Shown here piece by piece: positions 27,420-39,350 of a stretch of DNA of 43,403 nt. Each line of letters begins with the position of its first letter. The stretch's first letter is position 1. Both the position numbers and the translations under genes were made by a program. Source of the DNA: Octopus sinensis. Its lineage: Eukaryota. Under the pieces are notes generated by a model. That model was given only the letters and a program-made list of their open reading frames with translations. It searched no databases and was not told the origin of the DNA. The stretch is from the NCBI RefSeq assembly GCF_006345805.1, contig NW_021835012.1, positions 1 to 43,403 of the forward strand, in the 5' to 3' direction.

Positions 27420-27675
27420 AAGGCATGTGTGTTATTGGTTGGGGTATTCAGCTCATGATTGTAAGGTCATCAGTTCGATTCATGGTGGTGTGTTCATGTC
27501 CTTGGGCAAGACACTTTGTTTCACATTGCTCCAGTTCACTCAGCTAGCAGAAATAAGCTGAGGACTACATTAAGAGTACGAGTGCCCTGGGGAGCACTCA
27601 GTCACTTGCACTTTAATCTCATGAGCAAGCTGTTTCATTAATCAGATCAAATGGGCCACGATGGAATGCCATGTT
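27420..27675 (+). mobile_element. SINE family D (tRNA head, gtccttgggcaagacacttt); relatives ~16010-16105, 37805-38090(-), 38935-39075, 40420-40550(-)
   Basis: B-box-like gttcgattc; ttcacattgctccagttcactcagct; actcagtcacttgcac..aat.tca.gagca shared among copies. Confidence 0.65.
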
Positions 27676-27689
27676 CCTTCTGACTCTAG

Positions 27690-27763
27690 GGTCTGGTTCT
27701 GAAGAAACAGTGTGAAGCTGAGCGCTTTGTGAATGTGAAACCGAGAGGGGTCAACCATAGACC
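27690..27763 (+). ncRNA. Putative type-I hammerhead ribozyme
   Basis: Helix I 5' ggtct-ggtt (27690-98); core CTGAAGA (27699-705); extra A; helix II aca..aagc/gctt..tgt; GAAA (27737-40); helix III cc/gg; GUC triplet (27750-52); helix I 3' aacc-at-agacc. Confidence 0.72.
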
Positions 27764-27864
27764 AGCCATAACTATCTTTACTCTACTGTTCTATAACCCG
27801 GAGTATGTTTCTCTTTCAAATTTATGATTAACTGAGGCTATATATATGTATGAATATATATATG

Positions 27865-27921
<57 letters not shown>

Positions 27922-27943
27922 TATAATATATATATATACACAT

Positions 27944-27974
<31 letters not shown>

Positions 27975-27984
27975 ATATATATAC

Positions 27985-28015
<31 letters not shown>

Positions 28016-28474
28016 CATACTGTTTTGTTCTCACTGTCCTGTTTTTGTTACCGCTTTCACCCTCCTCAAAAAATCTTAAATTCTATTTAATTTGCTTTGC
28101 GAGAAGGACTGTTTTAATGAAATCGCATCTTGTCCTTACCTTCGAAACGCAGAGTAGATTAAACAGGGACAACTGATGAAGGGAATGTTCTTTATGTTGC
28201 ATGTCTTGTTTCTCTGTTTGTTTGTTTTTTCATTCTTCGAAAAAAGTTCGTTTTCTATGTTTTTTATGTTCTCGTTTCTCATTTTTGTCTACGTTTTTTT
28301 ATGTCCTGTACCCATATATGCATGCATATATACACATAGATATAGGTATGTACATATATGTATGTATATATGCATATATTTATATTACATATATATATAT
28401 ACACACGCATATATAAAATGCAGATTAGGTGTTTTACAGGTATGCACACAAGTGAACACCCACACACTGGGCTT

Positions 28475-28876
28475 ACTTTCTAATCTAGGCACAAGGCCCG
28501 AAATATTTTTGAGTGGGGTGGGGGACAGTCGATTAGATCGACCCCAGTACACAACTGGTACTTAATTTATCGAGCCCGAAAGGATGAAAGGTAAAGTCGA
28601 TCTCGGCGGAATTTGAACTCAGAACGTAAGCACTGACAAAATGCTTATTTCTTCACTGCCCACAAGGGGCTAAACATAGAGGGGACGAACAAGTACAGAC
28701 AAACGGATCAAGTCGATTATATCGACCCCAGTGCGTAACTGGTGCTTAATTTATCGACCCCTAAAGGACTAAAGGCAAAGTCGACCTCGGCGGAATTTGA
28801 ACTCAGAACGTAACGGCGGACGAAATACCGCGAAGCATTTTGCCCGGCGTGCTAACGGTTCTGCCAGCTCGCCGCC
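28475..28876 (-). mobile_element. SINE family B composite: young full copy fused to an older variant at ~28640
   Basis: On the minus strand, head ggcggcgagctggcagaaccgttagc, then gagttcaaattccgccgaggtcgactttgcctttcatcctttcg..gtcgataaattaagtaccag (resembles the MetaSINE central domain, from memory), present twice. Confidence 0.85.
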
Positions 28877-30100
28877 TAGCCCAAATACGCTCTGGGACGT
28901 TTATGTTCTTCGCACGACAACCGCCACCAATTTAAACTTATTATTATTATCTTTTTATTCACAGTACTTTGAATTGCTTGAATGGTGTATAGCTGTAAAA
29001 TGGAATAAAATGCTCTGAAAAGAATCTATTCTAGACGTGTTATCTGAACCGCAAAGCGACCTCAATTCGCCGCGAACCAAACTTTTTTGCTGCCCCACTC
29101 TTGATAAGTATGTCAAGTTAGATCAGGTTTTGCTAAAGAAAACAGAAGTTACAATTGCAACTTTGTTGTCTTGCCGGCCGTCCTTACTTTCTCTAAAGCT
29201 GTATTTGTTTTTTTTTCTATATTATATTTATTTATTTGTTCTTACATTATATATAACCACTGACAAGTACGAATGCACTATTTCTGGCACATCTCACATA
29301 CATGTGCCAGCCAGTATACAGTTCTGAATATACATACATATCTATTTGTGTACATATGTGTTAGACCTTCAGTGCGTGTATACATATTATATATATATAC
29401 TTGCGCGCGCGCGCGTGTGTGGGAGAGAGAGAGATTTTATAGCATGGAGTGTGTAACTAACTATGAGTGTGTGTGTGTATGTTTACACACACACATATGC
29501 ATACTATTTGTGTGTGTATATATATTTATATATACACACACACGTGTAAAGATCTATGTATAATATATACACTCACACATAAATACATAAATATATTTAC
29601 GTACGTATATTTGTATACGTCATTGTATATGTGTTTCTGTATATATATATGTATGTGTGAGTGTGTCTAATAATACTTACATATATATATGTACCTATAC
29701 ATATATTTGTACGCGTGCATGCACATATAAGGTGTTCGTGTTTCTATATGCATATATAAGTGTAGATGTGTGTGTGTATACATATACATATATATATATA
29801 TATACATATATAAATATACACAAACACACACACACATATATGTATTGTGTGCACACGCGCACACACACACACACACAAATTAACGGTATGGGCATAAGCG
29901 ATTACATTGCATTTGAAGAAAAAAAATTAACCCTCATCAGCTTTCCCACAAACGAGTTTAGCAGTTTCGACGCCTCAGGTCCTGCGGTGTGCTCTGTGGG
30001 CGTTACGTACCATTGATATAATTCTTAAGCAACAGATATACACACATAGTACGTACTTAGATGCATTAAAGGCGTGTCTGTCTATCTTTCTATGTATGTA

Positions 30101-30150
<50 letters not shown>

Positions 30151-30159
30151 ATATATATA

Positions 30160-30578
30160 AAATGTCTTTTACTATATCCCCGGGCTGACACAGGCTTTGT
30201 GAGTGGATTTGGTTGACAGAAATTCAAAGAATTCTGCCGTGTAAATCTGTGCGTGTGTCTTTCTATCTGTTCCCACGTTACCGCTTGATAACCGGTGTTG
30301 GTTTCTTTACGTCCCCGTAAATTGGAAGTTCTGTAATAAGACATTGGTAGAATAAGGATCAGTAGCCTCTTGGTTGAAACCAGTAAGTGAAAAATGAAAA
30401 TATGAAGATATATATAGGCGCAAGAGTAGCTTTGTGGTTAGAAGCTTGCTTACGAACCACATGGTTCCGGGTTCAGTCCCACTGCATGGCACCTTGGGCA
30501 AGCGTCTTCTACTATAACCTCGAGCCGACTAAAGCCTTGTGAGTGGATTTCGCAGACGGAAACTGAAAGAAGCCCATC

Positions 30579-30634
<56 letters not shown>

Positions 30635-30829
30635 ATTTGTTATTTGTGTCTATGTTTGTCTCCTACCATCTCTTGACAACCGATGTTGGTGTGTTTACGT
30701 CCCCGGTAAAAAGAGAGCGATAGAATAAGTATTTGACTTGTAAAGAATAAGTCCTGGGATCAATTTCTTCGACTAAAGGTGGTGCTCCAGCATGGTCGCA
30801 GTCAAATGACTGAAACAAGTAAAAGAATA
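30160..30829 (+). mobile_element. Partial (~30160..30330) and full (~30417..30829) SINE-A copies
   Basis: ggcgcaagagtagctttgtggt..ggttcagtcccactgc..ttgggcaagcgtctt..cagtcaaatgactgaaacaagtaaaag. Confidence 0.85.
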
Positions 30830-31249
30830 CATACATATATAAAATTATTACTATTATTCTACTTCTATATGTAATGTATCTTTGATTAGGTCCTTGCAAA
30901 CACATCTGCCAATTTCAAAATCGCATTTAGTTGGAACCCGAAACCATACGGTTGCGAAATGAAATTCCTAACCAGTCAGTCCCTAAGTTATATATGTATG
31001 TTTGTATATTGTATATGTGTGTACTCATATATAAATGCAATTATAACTAATGTATACATATAGTTATATGCAATATGTGTGTAAATGGTAGGGTGCAACT
31101 TTGCCGTATTATACGTTCATTATTGTTTTATTTTGATAACATGTATGTGTATGTATATATGTATATATATATGTATGTGTGTGTGTGTGTTTGTATATAT
31201 ATATATATGTATATATATTATATATGTATATATATATATGTGTATATAG

Positions 31250-31287
<38 letters not shown>

Positions 31288-31866
31288 TATATATATATAT
31301 ATGTATAAAAAATATATAAAAATACAAAATGGGACAAGAACGCAAAGCATTCAAATAGACGACACAAAAAACGGACGGGTCATTCGAAGCCTCTAATCTT
31401 CAGTCAAGAACCGGATCATCCTCGCAATTTCGGCTGATTAATCTTATATAATCTTATATATGTGTGTGTGTGTGTGTGTGTAGGTATGTCTGTTAATATG
31501 TGAATGTGTTTGTGTGTATGTTTGTCGATCAAAATCCATGTGGAATTATTCTATCGATTTGTTTTGACGAACCGCTTTGTTTCGAATGGCGTTAATAGGC
31601 CTTTTTCAGACGACAGTGTTTATCCCAAACACGAACTCACACCCACACAAACACACACACACATACATTCATGATCGTCGGACTTCCATCTGCAGAAGTC
31701 ATTCAGAAAGCGTTGGTCGGCCAGTTTCTCTAGCAGAAGACACCTGCTTGTAAACACAACAGGAAAACCCAGAAATTGAAGTTGTGGTTAATCATCAAAT
31801 TTATTTAACCGCACAATCATTCACCCGTGTTTATACTTACATACATATATACATGCATGTATATTC

Positions 31867-31949
31867 GAGACTCCGATGAAGCCATCAGATGTTACTCAGG
31901 CACTCATCTATGAATCCACTGCATCTTATTGCTGAAACAGCTGTAAGCT
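31867..31949 (+). ncRNA. Putative minimal (Penelope-type) hammerhead ribozyme, degenerate
   Basis: gact-CCGATGA (31873-79)-agc..~48 nt..gct-GAAA (31934-37)-CAGCTG palindrome-TA-agct; helix I has a mismatch. Confidence 0.5.
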
Positions 31950-32205
31950 AATGCAGTTCACAAGATAATTGCTTATTCCTCTGTCATTTCATTTTCTTAT
32001 GTGTTTGTTCATTGAAAGCAGTAAGGCCGAAACTTCAAGTCCATTGTCATCCACCGAGAAGGCGGGTGGCACATTTTACAATTAGTGCATTTATGGGACC
32101 CGTGGTGGAGAGGTGTCAAGTCTCAGGCGAGACAGCACAGTGGCCTGTAAAACGTAACAGACAGATCACTCTAGAAGGTAAGAAGTTGGGGGTGGATATA
32201 TATAT

Positions 32206-32236
<31 letters not shown>

Positions 32237-32250
32237 ATGTATATATATAT

Positions 32251-32411
32251 AATAATAAATCTCTGGGCGATGTATAAGCTGTAGCTAGCTGTACGACATC
32301 GTGAAGTATATTTGGCCACATAAATGTGTCTAACCCTTAAGGTGGATGCTACTGTAGCTTGTAGTCCCAGGAAGACATCTCCTCCAGCTGGCTATTGACA
32401 TACTATCTGTG

Positions 32412-32414
<3 letters not shown>
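32251..32414 (-). mobile_element. 3' end of an unclassified retroelement (family C) in (AT)n; second copy 36846..37005
   Basis: Both copies start aataataaatctctg (a (TTA)n tail on the minus strand), share tactgtagcttgtag.cccagga..catctcctccagctggct, and lie in AT repeats. Confidence 0.65.
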
Positions 32415-32450
<36 letters not shown>

Positions 32451-32495
32451 TATATATATATATGCATGTATTATATATGCATATATATATATATG

Positions 32496-32529
<34 letters not shown>

Positions 32530-32617
32530 CATATATATATATATGCATATATATATATGTGCATATATATATATATGCATATATATATATATATATATAT
32601 ATATGCATATTATATAA

Positions 32618-32651
<34 letters not shown>

Positions 32652-33141
32652 TATATATATATGCATATATATAATATATATATATATATATGCATATATA
32701 TATATGCATATATATATATATGCATATATATATGCATATATTATGCATATATATATATATATATATATATATTGCATAATATATGCATATATATATATAT
32801 ATCATATATATATGCATATATATATGCATATATATATATATGCATATAATATATGCATATATATATGCATATATATATATATGCATATATATATATATAT
32901 GCATATATATATATGCATATATATATATGCATATATATATATATGCATATATATATATATATATAATATCATATATATATATGCATATATATATATATGC
33001 AGATTATATATATATATATGCATATATATATATATATATATAATATATTATAATATATATATATGCATATATATATGCATATATATATATATGCATATAT
33101 ATATACATATATATATGCATATATATATATACATATATATA

Positions 33142-33174
<33 letters not shown>

Positions 33175-33655
33175 CATATATATATGCATATATATATGCA
33201 TATATATATATATGCATATATATATACATATATAATATGCATATATATATATTATACAATATATTTATATATATATTAATACATATATATATGCATATTA
33301 TATATATACATATATATATGCATATATATATATACATATATATATGCATATATATATATATACATATATATATGCATATATATATATATATACATATATA
33401 TATGCATATATATATATATACATATATATATGCATATATATATATATACATATATATATGCATATATATATACATATATATAGCATATATATATATATAT
33501 ATTACATATATATATGCATTATATATATATATATATATACATATATATGCATTATATATATATTATATATATTATACATATATATATCATATATATATAT
33601 ATAATATGCATATAATATATATATATGTGGATATATATGGATATATATGCATGTA
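32415..33655. repeat. ~1.2-kb ((AT)nGC) minisatellite-like array
   Basis: Repeating atatatatatgc units that drift to atatacatatatatgc. Confidence 0.95.
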
Positions 33656-33666
33656 CGTGTGTATAT

Positions 33667-33878
33667 ACTCTTTTACTCGTTTCAGTCATTTGACTGCGGC
33701 CATGCTGAAGCACTGCCTTTAGTTGAGCAAATCGACCCCAGGACTTATTCTTTGTAAGCCTACTACTTATTCTATCGGTCTCCTTTGCCGAACCTCTAAG
33801 TTACGGAGACGCACACACACCAGCATCGGTTGTCAAGCGATGTTGGCGGGGGGAGGGAGGGACAAACACAGACACACA

Positions 33879-33917
<39 letters not shown>

Positions 33918-34013
33918 TTATACGACGGGATTCCTTCAGTTTCCGTCTACCAAATCCGCTCAACAGGTTTGATCGGCTCGAGGCTATAGTAGAAGACAGT
34001 TGCTCAAGGTGCC
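33667..34013 (-). mobile_element. SINE-A copy lacking the tRNA head
   Basis: Matches family A from the tail to gctcaaggtgcc. Confidence 0.85.
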
Positions 34014-34439
34014 AAGTTTCTATGGCTCGAGGGAAGCTTGGCTGATATTTTTAGTAGGTTGAGTAATTATGTATTGGCTCCTTAGTGTGTGTGTGTGTGT
34101 GTGTGTGCTTGCGTGCGCGCGCACATTTTGTTTTGCTTTTTACCGTGGCCAACTAATTATATAGTTGAGATAAAAGATGCACAGGCATAGTAGACATACC
34201 TGAGTTTCAAGGGGGAAAGAAAAGTTTTAGCGCATTAAAAGCTTATTGGAACCCCAATTTCACATTGAGGACCTTAGGTGTTTTTTCCATTGTTTTTCGA
34301 AGTATTTTAAAGGGAACAATTGCGTTTTTTATGCCATCATATGATACATATTTTGCTTGCATGGATTGGAAGTGGTTTGTACAGCTTTTGACGCCTTCCT
34401 CTTATTGTGTATGGCTTATAGTACTTATTTTTTCTTTTC

Positions 34440-34852
34440 TTTTTTATTACCCACAAGGGGCTAAACATAGAGGGGACAAACAAGGACAGGCAAATGGATT
34501 AAGTCGATTACATCGACCCTAGTGCGTAACTGGTCCTTTATGTATCGACCCCGAAAGGATGAAAGGCAAAGTCGACCTCGGCGGAATTTGAACTCAGAAC
34601 GTAACGGCAGACGAAATACCTATTTCTTTACTACCCACAAGGGGCTAAACACAGAGGGGACAAACAAGGACAGAAAAACGGATTAAGTCGATTATATCGA
34701 CTCCAGTGCGTAACTGATACTTATTTTATCGACTCTGAAGAGATGAAAGGGCAAAGTCGACCTCGGCGGGATTTGAACTCAGAGCATAAAGAGGGGGCGA
34801 AATGCCGCTAAGTATTTCGCCCGGCGTGCTAACGAGTCTGCCAGCTCGCCGC
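34440..34852 (-). mobile_element. SINE-B head-to-tail dimer joined at gacgaaatacc|tatttc (34620/34621)
   Basis: Two consecutive cccacaaggggctaaaca..gaatttgaactcaga units and only one head. Confidence 0.88.
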
Positions 34853-35195
34853 GTTCCGCCCCCGAAATAATGACACGCTTAGACGCACCAATCTTTCTCT
34901 AATTGTTTTAGGGGACTGTGTAATCGCGTGCATACATTGACACTCTCTCGGTGTTCCCCTAACCCTTGACTCTGAGGATCAGCAGAGATGTAATGCCAAC
35001 TGGGGTGGAGGGTGGGGAAGATCTGCATTAGCATTCGACTGAGTCGAGTGAAGCACGTGAAAATGAAGTATCTTCAAAAACTCATCACGTTACCCGTCCA
35101 GGAATAGAAATCCTTATGACTTATGCACCCAACTTCCTGACCTCTAGGGCACATATCCTCACACACACACGTACTTACGTATGTATTTCGCACAA

Positions 35196-35540
35196 ATGCT
35201 GAGCGGCATTTCGTGCGTCTTTATGCTCCGAGTTCAAATTCCGCCAAGGTCAGCTTTGCTTTTCAACATTTCTGAGTTGCTAAGACAAGTACCAGTTTAA
35301 TACTGGTGTCGATGTAATCGACTAACACCCTCCCATCCCCAATAAAATTTCAGGCTCTGTACCTACAGTAGAAAGGATATTTTGGCTTTATGATAAGAAG
35401 CTTGCTTCCCAACCACATGATTCCGAGTTCAGTCCCAGTGCATGGTTTCTTGGGCAACTGTCTTCTACTATAGCCCCGCGCCAACCAAAATCTTGAGCGG
35501 ATTTGGTAGACGAAAACTGAAAGAAGCTCGTCATATTTGA
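35196..35540 (+). mobile_element. Old SINE-B (~35196..35378) followed by a SINE-A head half (~35385..35535)
   Basis: gagttcaaattccgccaaggtcagctttgc; gagttcagtcccagtgc..ttgggcaactgtctt. Confidence 0.75.
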
Positions 35541-35664
35541 TAGATGGAAACTGAAAGAAGCACCGGTTATCAAGCGATGGTGGGGACATACACACTCATG
35601 TATATGTGTACGACGGGCTTCTTTCAGTTTCCATCCATCGAATCCACTGATAAGGCTTTGGTCA

Positions 35665-36090
35665 GCCCGAAGCTATAGTAGAAGACACCTGCCCAATGTG
35701 CCGCGCAGTGGGACAGAACCCGAACCATGTGGTTGGTAAGCAAGCTCTTTACCACACAGCCACCCCTACGGCCCGAAGCTATAGTAGAAGACACCTGCCC
35801 AATGTGCCGCGCAGTGGGACAGAACCCGAACCATGTGGTTCGGAAGCAAGCTCTTTACCACCCAGCCACCCCTACGGCCCGAAGCTATAGTAGAAGACAC
35901 CTGCCCAATGTGCCGCACAGTGGGACTGAACCCGATCCATGTGGTTGGTAAGCAAGCTCTTTACCACACAGCCACCCCTACGGCCCAAAGCTATAGTAGA
36001 AGACACCTGCCCAATGTGCCGCGCAGTGGGACTGAACCCGATCCATGTGGTTGGTAAGCAAGCTCTTTACCACACAGCCACCCCTACGCC
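35665..36090 (-). repeat. Four tandem 106-bp copies of the SINE-A 5' head, attached to a SINE body at ~35560..35664
   Basis: Units start at 35665, 35771, 35877 and 35983. Confidence 0.95.
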
Positions 36091-36370
36091 TATGTGTGTA
36101 AAAATACGATGAGAGCGAAATAAGTGAACATGATGGACTTTGGGTTCCCACACAGTTGAATGAGGCCAACACAGATAAAAGTTTGATAAGCGAAGCCAAG
36201 GGCTAAGGTAGGGAGACAACAACTCCACAAACACACATCGGTGCGTGTGGGGGTTTGTGGGGTTTGTGGGATCCGTTTCCCCTTTGCTTACTCACTCTTG
36301 ATTCTCTTTTGTATCGTTTTTCTTTATTTTCTGATATACATACCAATGTACTCTACATCTGCTTCCCACA

Positions 36371-36428
<58 letters not shown>

Positions 36429-36604
36429 GCATGCTCGTTATTTCAAGTCCTTAAGTAATATCAGTGACACGGGGCCAAAAGTTTTATGCTTAAACCCCTT
36501 ATCAAAGAAATTCTTCGCAAGTGTTTTAGCACGAAACTGTTGGCCCGTCAGTCACTAAAGTACATTTAGGACTCTCTCTCTCTGTCTATATATATGCATG
36601 TATT

Positions 36605-36647
<43 letters not shown>

Positions 36648-37119
36648 AACCTCTGAGCATATATATATATATATTATATATATATATTTATTTATGTTAT
36701 GTATTTATGTTTATATATATTAATTATTTATTTATGTATGTATTTATGTTTATATATATTAATATAGTTATTATGTATGTATTTATGTTTATATATATTA
36801 ATATATTTATAATATATATATTTATATATACTTATATATATAAGCAATAATAAATCTCTGAACGAGGTATAAACAGTAACTACACGACAATGTGAGGTAT
36901 ATTTGCCATCTCAATATGGCTAACCACTAAGGGTGGGTGTTACTGTAGCTTGTAGCCCCAGGAGAACATCTCCTCCAGCTGGCTTTAGGCACACTATCTG
37001 TGCTCTTTCGGTATTTGCAAACATATATATGTTTATATATTTATAATATGTATATTTATATATACTTATATATATATGTTTATATATTTATAATATATAT
37101 ATTTCTATATTAATATATA

Positions 37120-37275
37120 TATCCTTAAATCCTTAAAAATGTTTTAGCCCGAAGGCTGCGGCCATACTGGGGCACCACCGCTGAATGAGCTACACTAATA
37201 TGTGAATCCACCTCTGATACGTGGCACTTGGTCAACAAGGGAGTCCGATGCCGCTGCCCGCATCTGTGTCTCCTA
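37120..37275 (-). mobile_element. 3' end of a retroposon sharing the SINE-A tail but with a different body (candidate partner LINE 3' UTR)
   Basis: Minus strand ...ggtgccccagtatggccgcagccttcgggctaaaac-atttttaaggatttaaggat. Confidence 0.55.
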
Positions 37276-37313
37276 CTTATATATATTTATATATATGTGT
37301 GTGCGTGTTCTTT

Positions 37314-37670
37314 ATTCTTTGGCTTCAGTCATTTGACTGTGGCCATGCTAGAGCACCGCTTTTAGTCGAGCAAATCGACTCCAGGACTTATTCTTTGTAA
37401 GCCTAGTACTTACTCTATCGGTCCTTTTGCAAAACCGCTAGGTTACGGGGACGTAAACTCACTAGCATCGGTTGTCAAGCGATGTTGGAGGGACAACCAC
37501 AGAAACATATACATATACGACGGGCTTCTTTCGGTTTCCATCTACGAAATCCACCTACAAGGCTTTAGTCAGCCCGAGGCTATAGTAGAAGGCACTTGCC
37601 CATGGTGCTTCGCAGTGGGACTGAACCTGGAACCATGTAGTTCGTAAGCAAGCTCCTTAACACAGCCACA
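37314..37670 (-). mobile_element. Full SINE-A copy
   Basis: Matches the family A consensus end to end. Confidence 0.88.
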
Positions 37671-37725
37671 CATACGTATATATATATATATATACGTAAA
37701 TATATATGCATATACAGATATGTAC

Positions 37726-37763
<38 letters not shown>

Positions 37764-38164
37764 GTATGTATGTATGTATGTAAGTATGTATGTATGTATG
37801 TACGTTTACGACGACTGGGGTTCCAGCTGATCTAATCAACGGAACAGGCTGCTCGTGAAATGAACGTGGATGTGGCTGAGAACTCCACAGACACGTGTAC
37901 CCTAACGGGGAGTTTCAGCGTGACACAGAGTGTGACAAGGCTGGCTCTTTGAAATAGAAACAGGAAGAAAGAGTGGGAGAAAGTTGTGGTGAAAGAGTAC
38001 CACACGGTTTGCCACCACTCCATGCAGGAGCCGCGTGGAGCTGCCTGGTCTGGGAATCGAAACCGCGATCGTACGACCACGAGACCTCCACATATATATA
38101 CACACACATATATTTCTCTCTCTCTCTCTATACATATATATAATACACACACACGTAAATGCAA

Positions 38165-38195
<31 letters not shown>

Positions 38196-38201
38196 TAAAT
38201 G

Positions 38202-38243
<42 letters not shown>

Positions 38244-38360
38244 ATATATGTATTATATATATATATACACGTACATATATATGTATATATACACACACGA
38301 CATATATATATATAACATACATAGATACTACATACATACATACATATATATATATATATA

Positions 38361-38744
38361 CTAGCAGTATCGCCCGGCGTTGCTCAAGTTTGTAAGGGAA
38401 ATAACTATAAAGCATTTTTAGAGAGTTATAGCCAAAAAATAGCAAAAAAATGGAAAAAAATGATGGTAAATTTTTTTTGAGAGTAAAAAAAGGTGGAGTT
38501 GCGTCCCCTAGACAGTTTGCGGTTTGTGTTTCTGATTCTTGACCCCATGTCGAATTTATCGATTTTTTTCAGAACTGGGGGAACTTTTCAAAATTTTCTC
38601 TGCGTTAGTTTTGAATTATGACATTGTGCTATGTGTGTGTCAAGTTTCATCAGAATCGGTTGAAAGCCGTGGTCAGGGTGAAGGTACAAGCAAACAGACA
38701 CAGAGAAACCCGCACAGACAAACTGCCGTTTATATATAGAGAGA
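38361..38744 (-). mobile_element. Complete non-autonomous Helitron (384 bp)
   Basis: Minus strand starts A|TCtctctatatataaacggcag and ends ttgagcaacgccgggcgatactgCTAG|T: 5' TC, subterminal motif, 3' CTAG, A/T target, no TSD. Confidence 0.82.
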
Positions 38745-39118
38745 TATATATATATGTATACATACATATTAAAAATGGGGAAGGCTGGTTTATGGGCTTA
38801 CCTTAGGGCTCCCGTCCCTAAAGGGCTTAGCTTAATGACATATCGTCAGATTCCCAAAAACCTGTTGGCCCATGACCTCTTCAGTATATATATATATACA
38901 CACACACATCATATATATATATATATATATGTACGTTTTGTGGGTTCGATTCCTGGACCAGGCTATGCGTTGTGTTCTTGCGCAAAACACTTCATTTCAT
39001 TTTGCTTCATTGCATTCAGCTGGCAAAAATGGGAAATCCTGCGATGTACTGGCATCACGTCCAGTGGAGTGAAGAATATATGTTAACGTGTGACTGCGTG
39101 TGTGTATGTGTGTGTGTG

Positions 39119-39350
39119 TATCGCCTGGATCAGCCTGACTGTCTGGTGTCGAATCAGCTCCGTTGGCCACACCATTCGCTCTGTCTTCCTCGTGCTCTTA
39201 TCACCCACCTCCCCGTTGTTCCGAACATCTTTCTTAAATGGTGTTCCCACCTCTGATTGGGGGTCTTCCGAGTGGTCTCTTCCATTTGGGCGGGTACCAT
39301 TCGACAACTGCCCGAGTATGTGCTGTCGTGGATCCTGGGGGTGCCCCTCT
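39119..39350 (-). mobile_element. RTE-clade LINE 3' fragment (ORF C-terminus + short tail)
   Basis: Frames give RIHDS / TRAVVEWYPPKWKRPLGRPP / RWEHHLRKMFG..W..RAR, the RTE C-terminal W.P..KR..GRP..RW motif; tail caggctgatccaggcgatac. Confidence 0.8.

Noticed and set aside
28108-28260. Hammerhead-like pieces (ctgttttaat..GAAAcgcagagTA gattaaacag; CTGATGA at 28173..cattcttcGAAA)
   Set aside because: No single arrangement has both an intact core and all three helices. It may be a decayed PLE terminus, which needs a family consensus to judge.
35665-36090. Regular repeats resembling a CRISPR array
   Set aside because: Contiguous 106-bp units with no unique spacers, SINE-derived, in a eukaryotic context.
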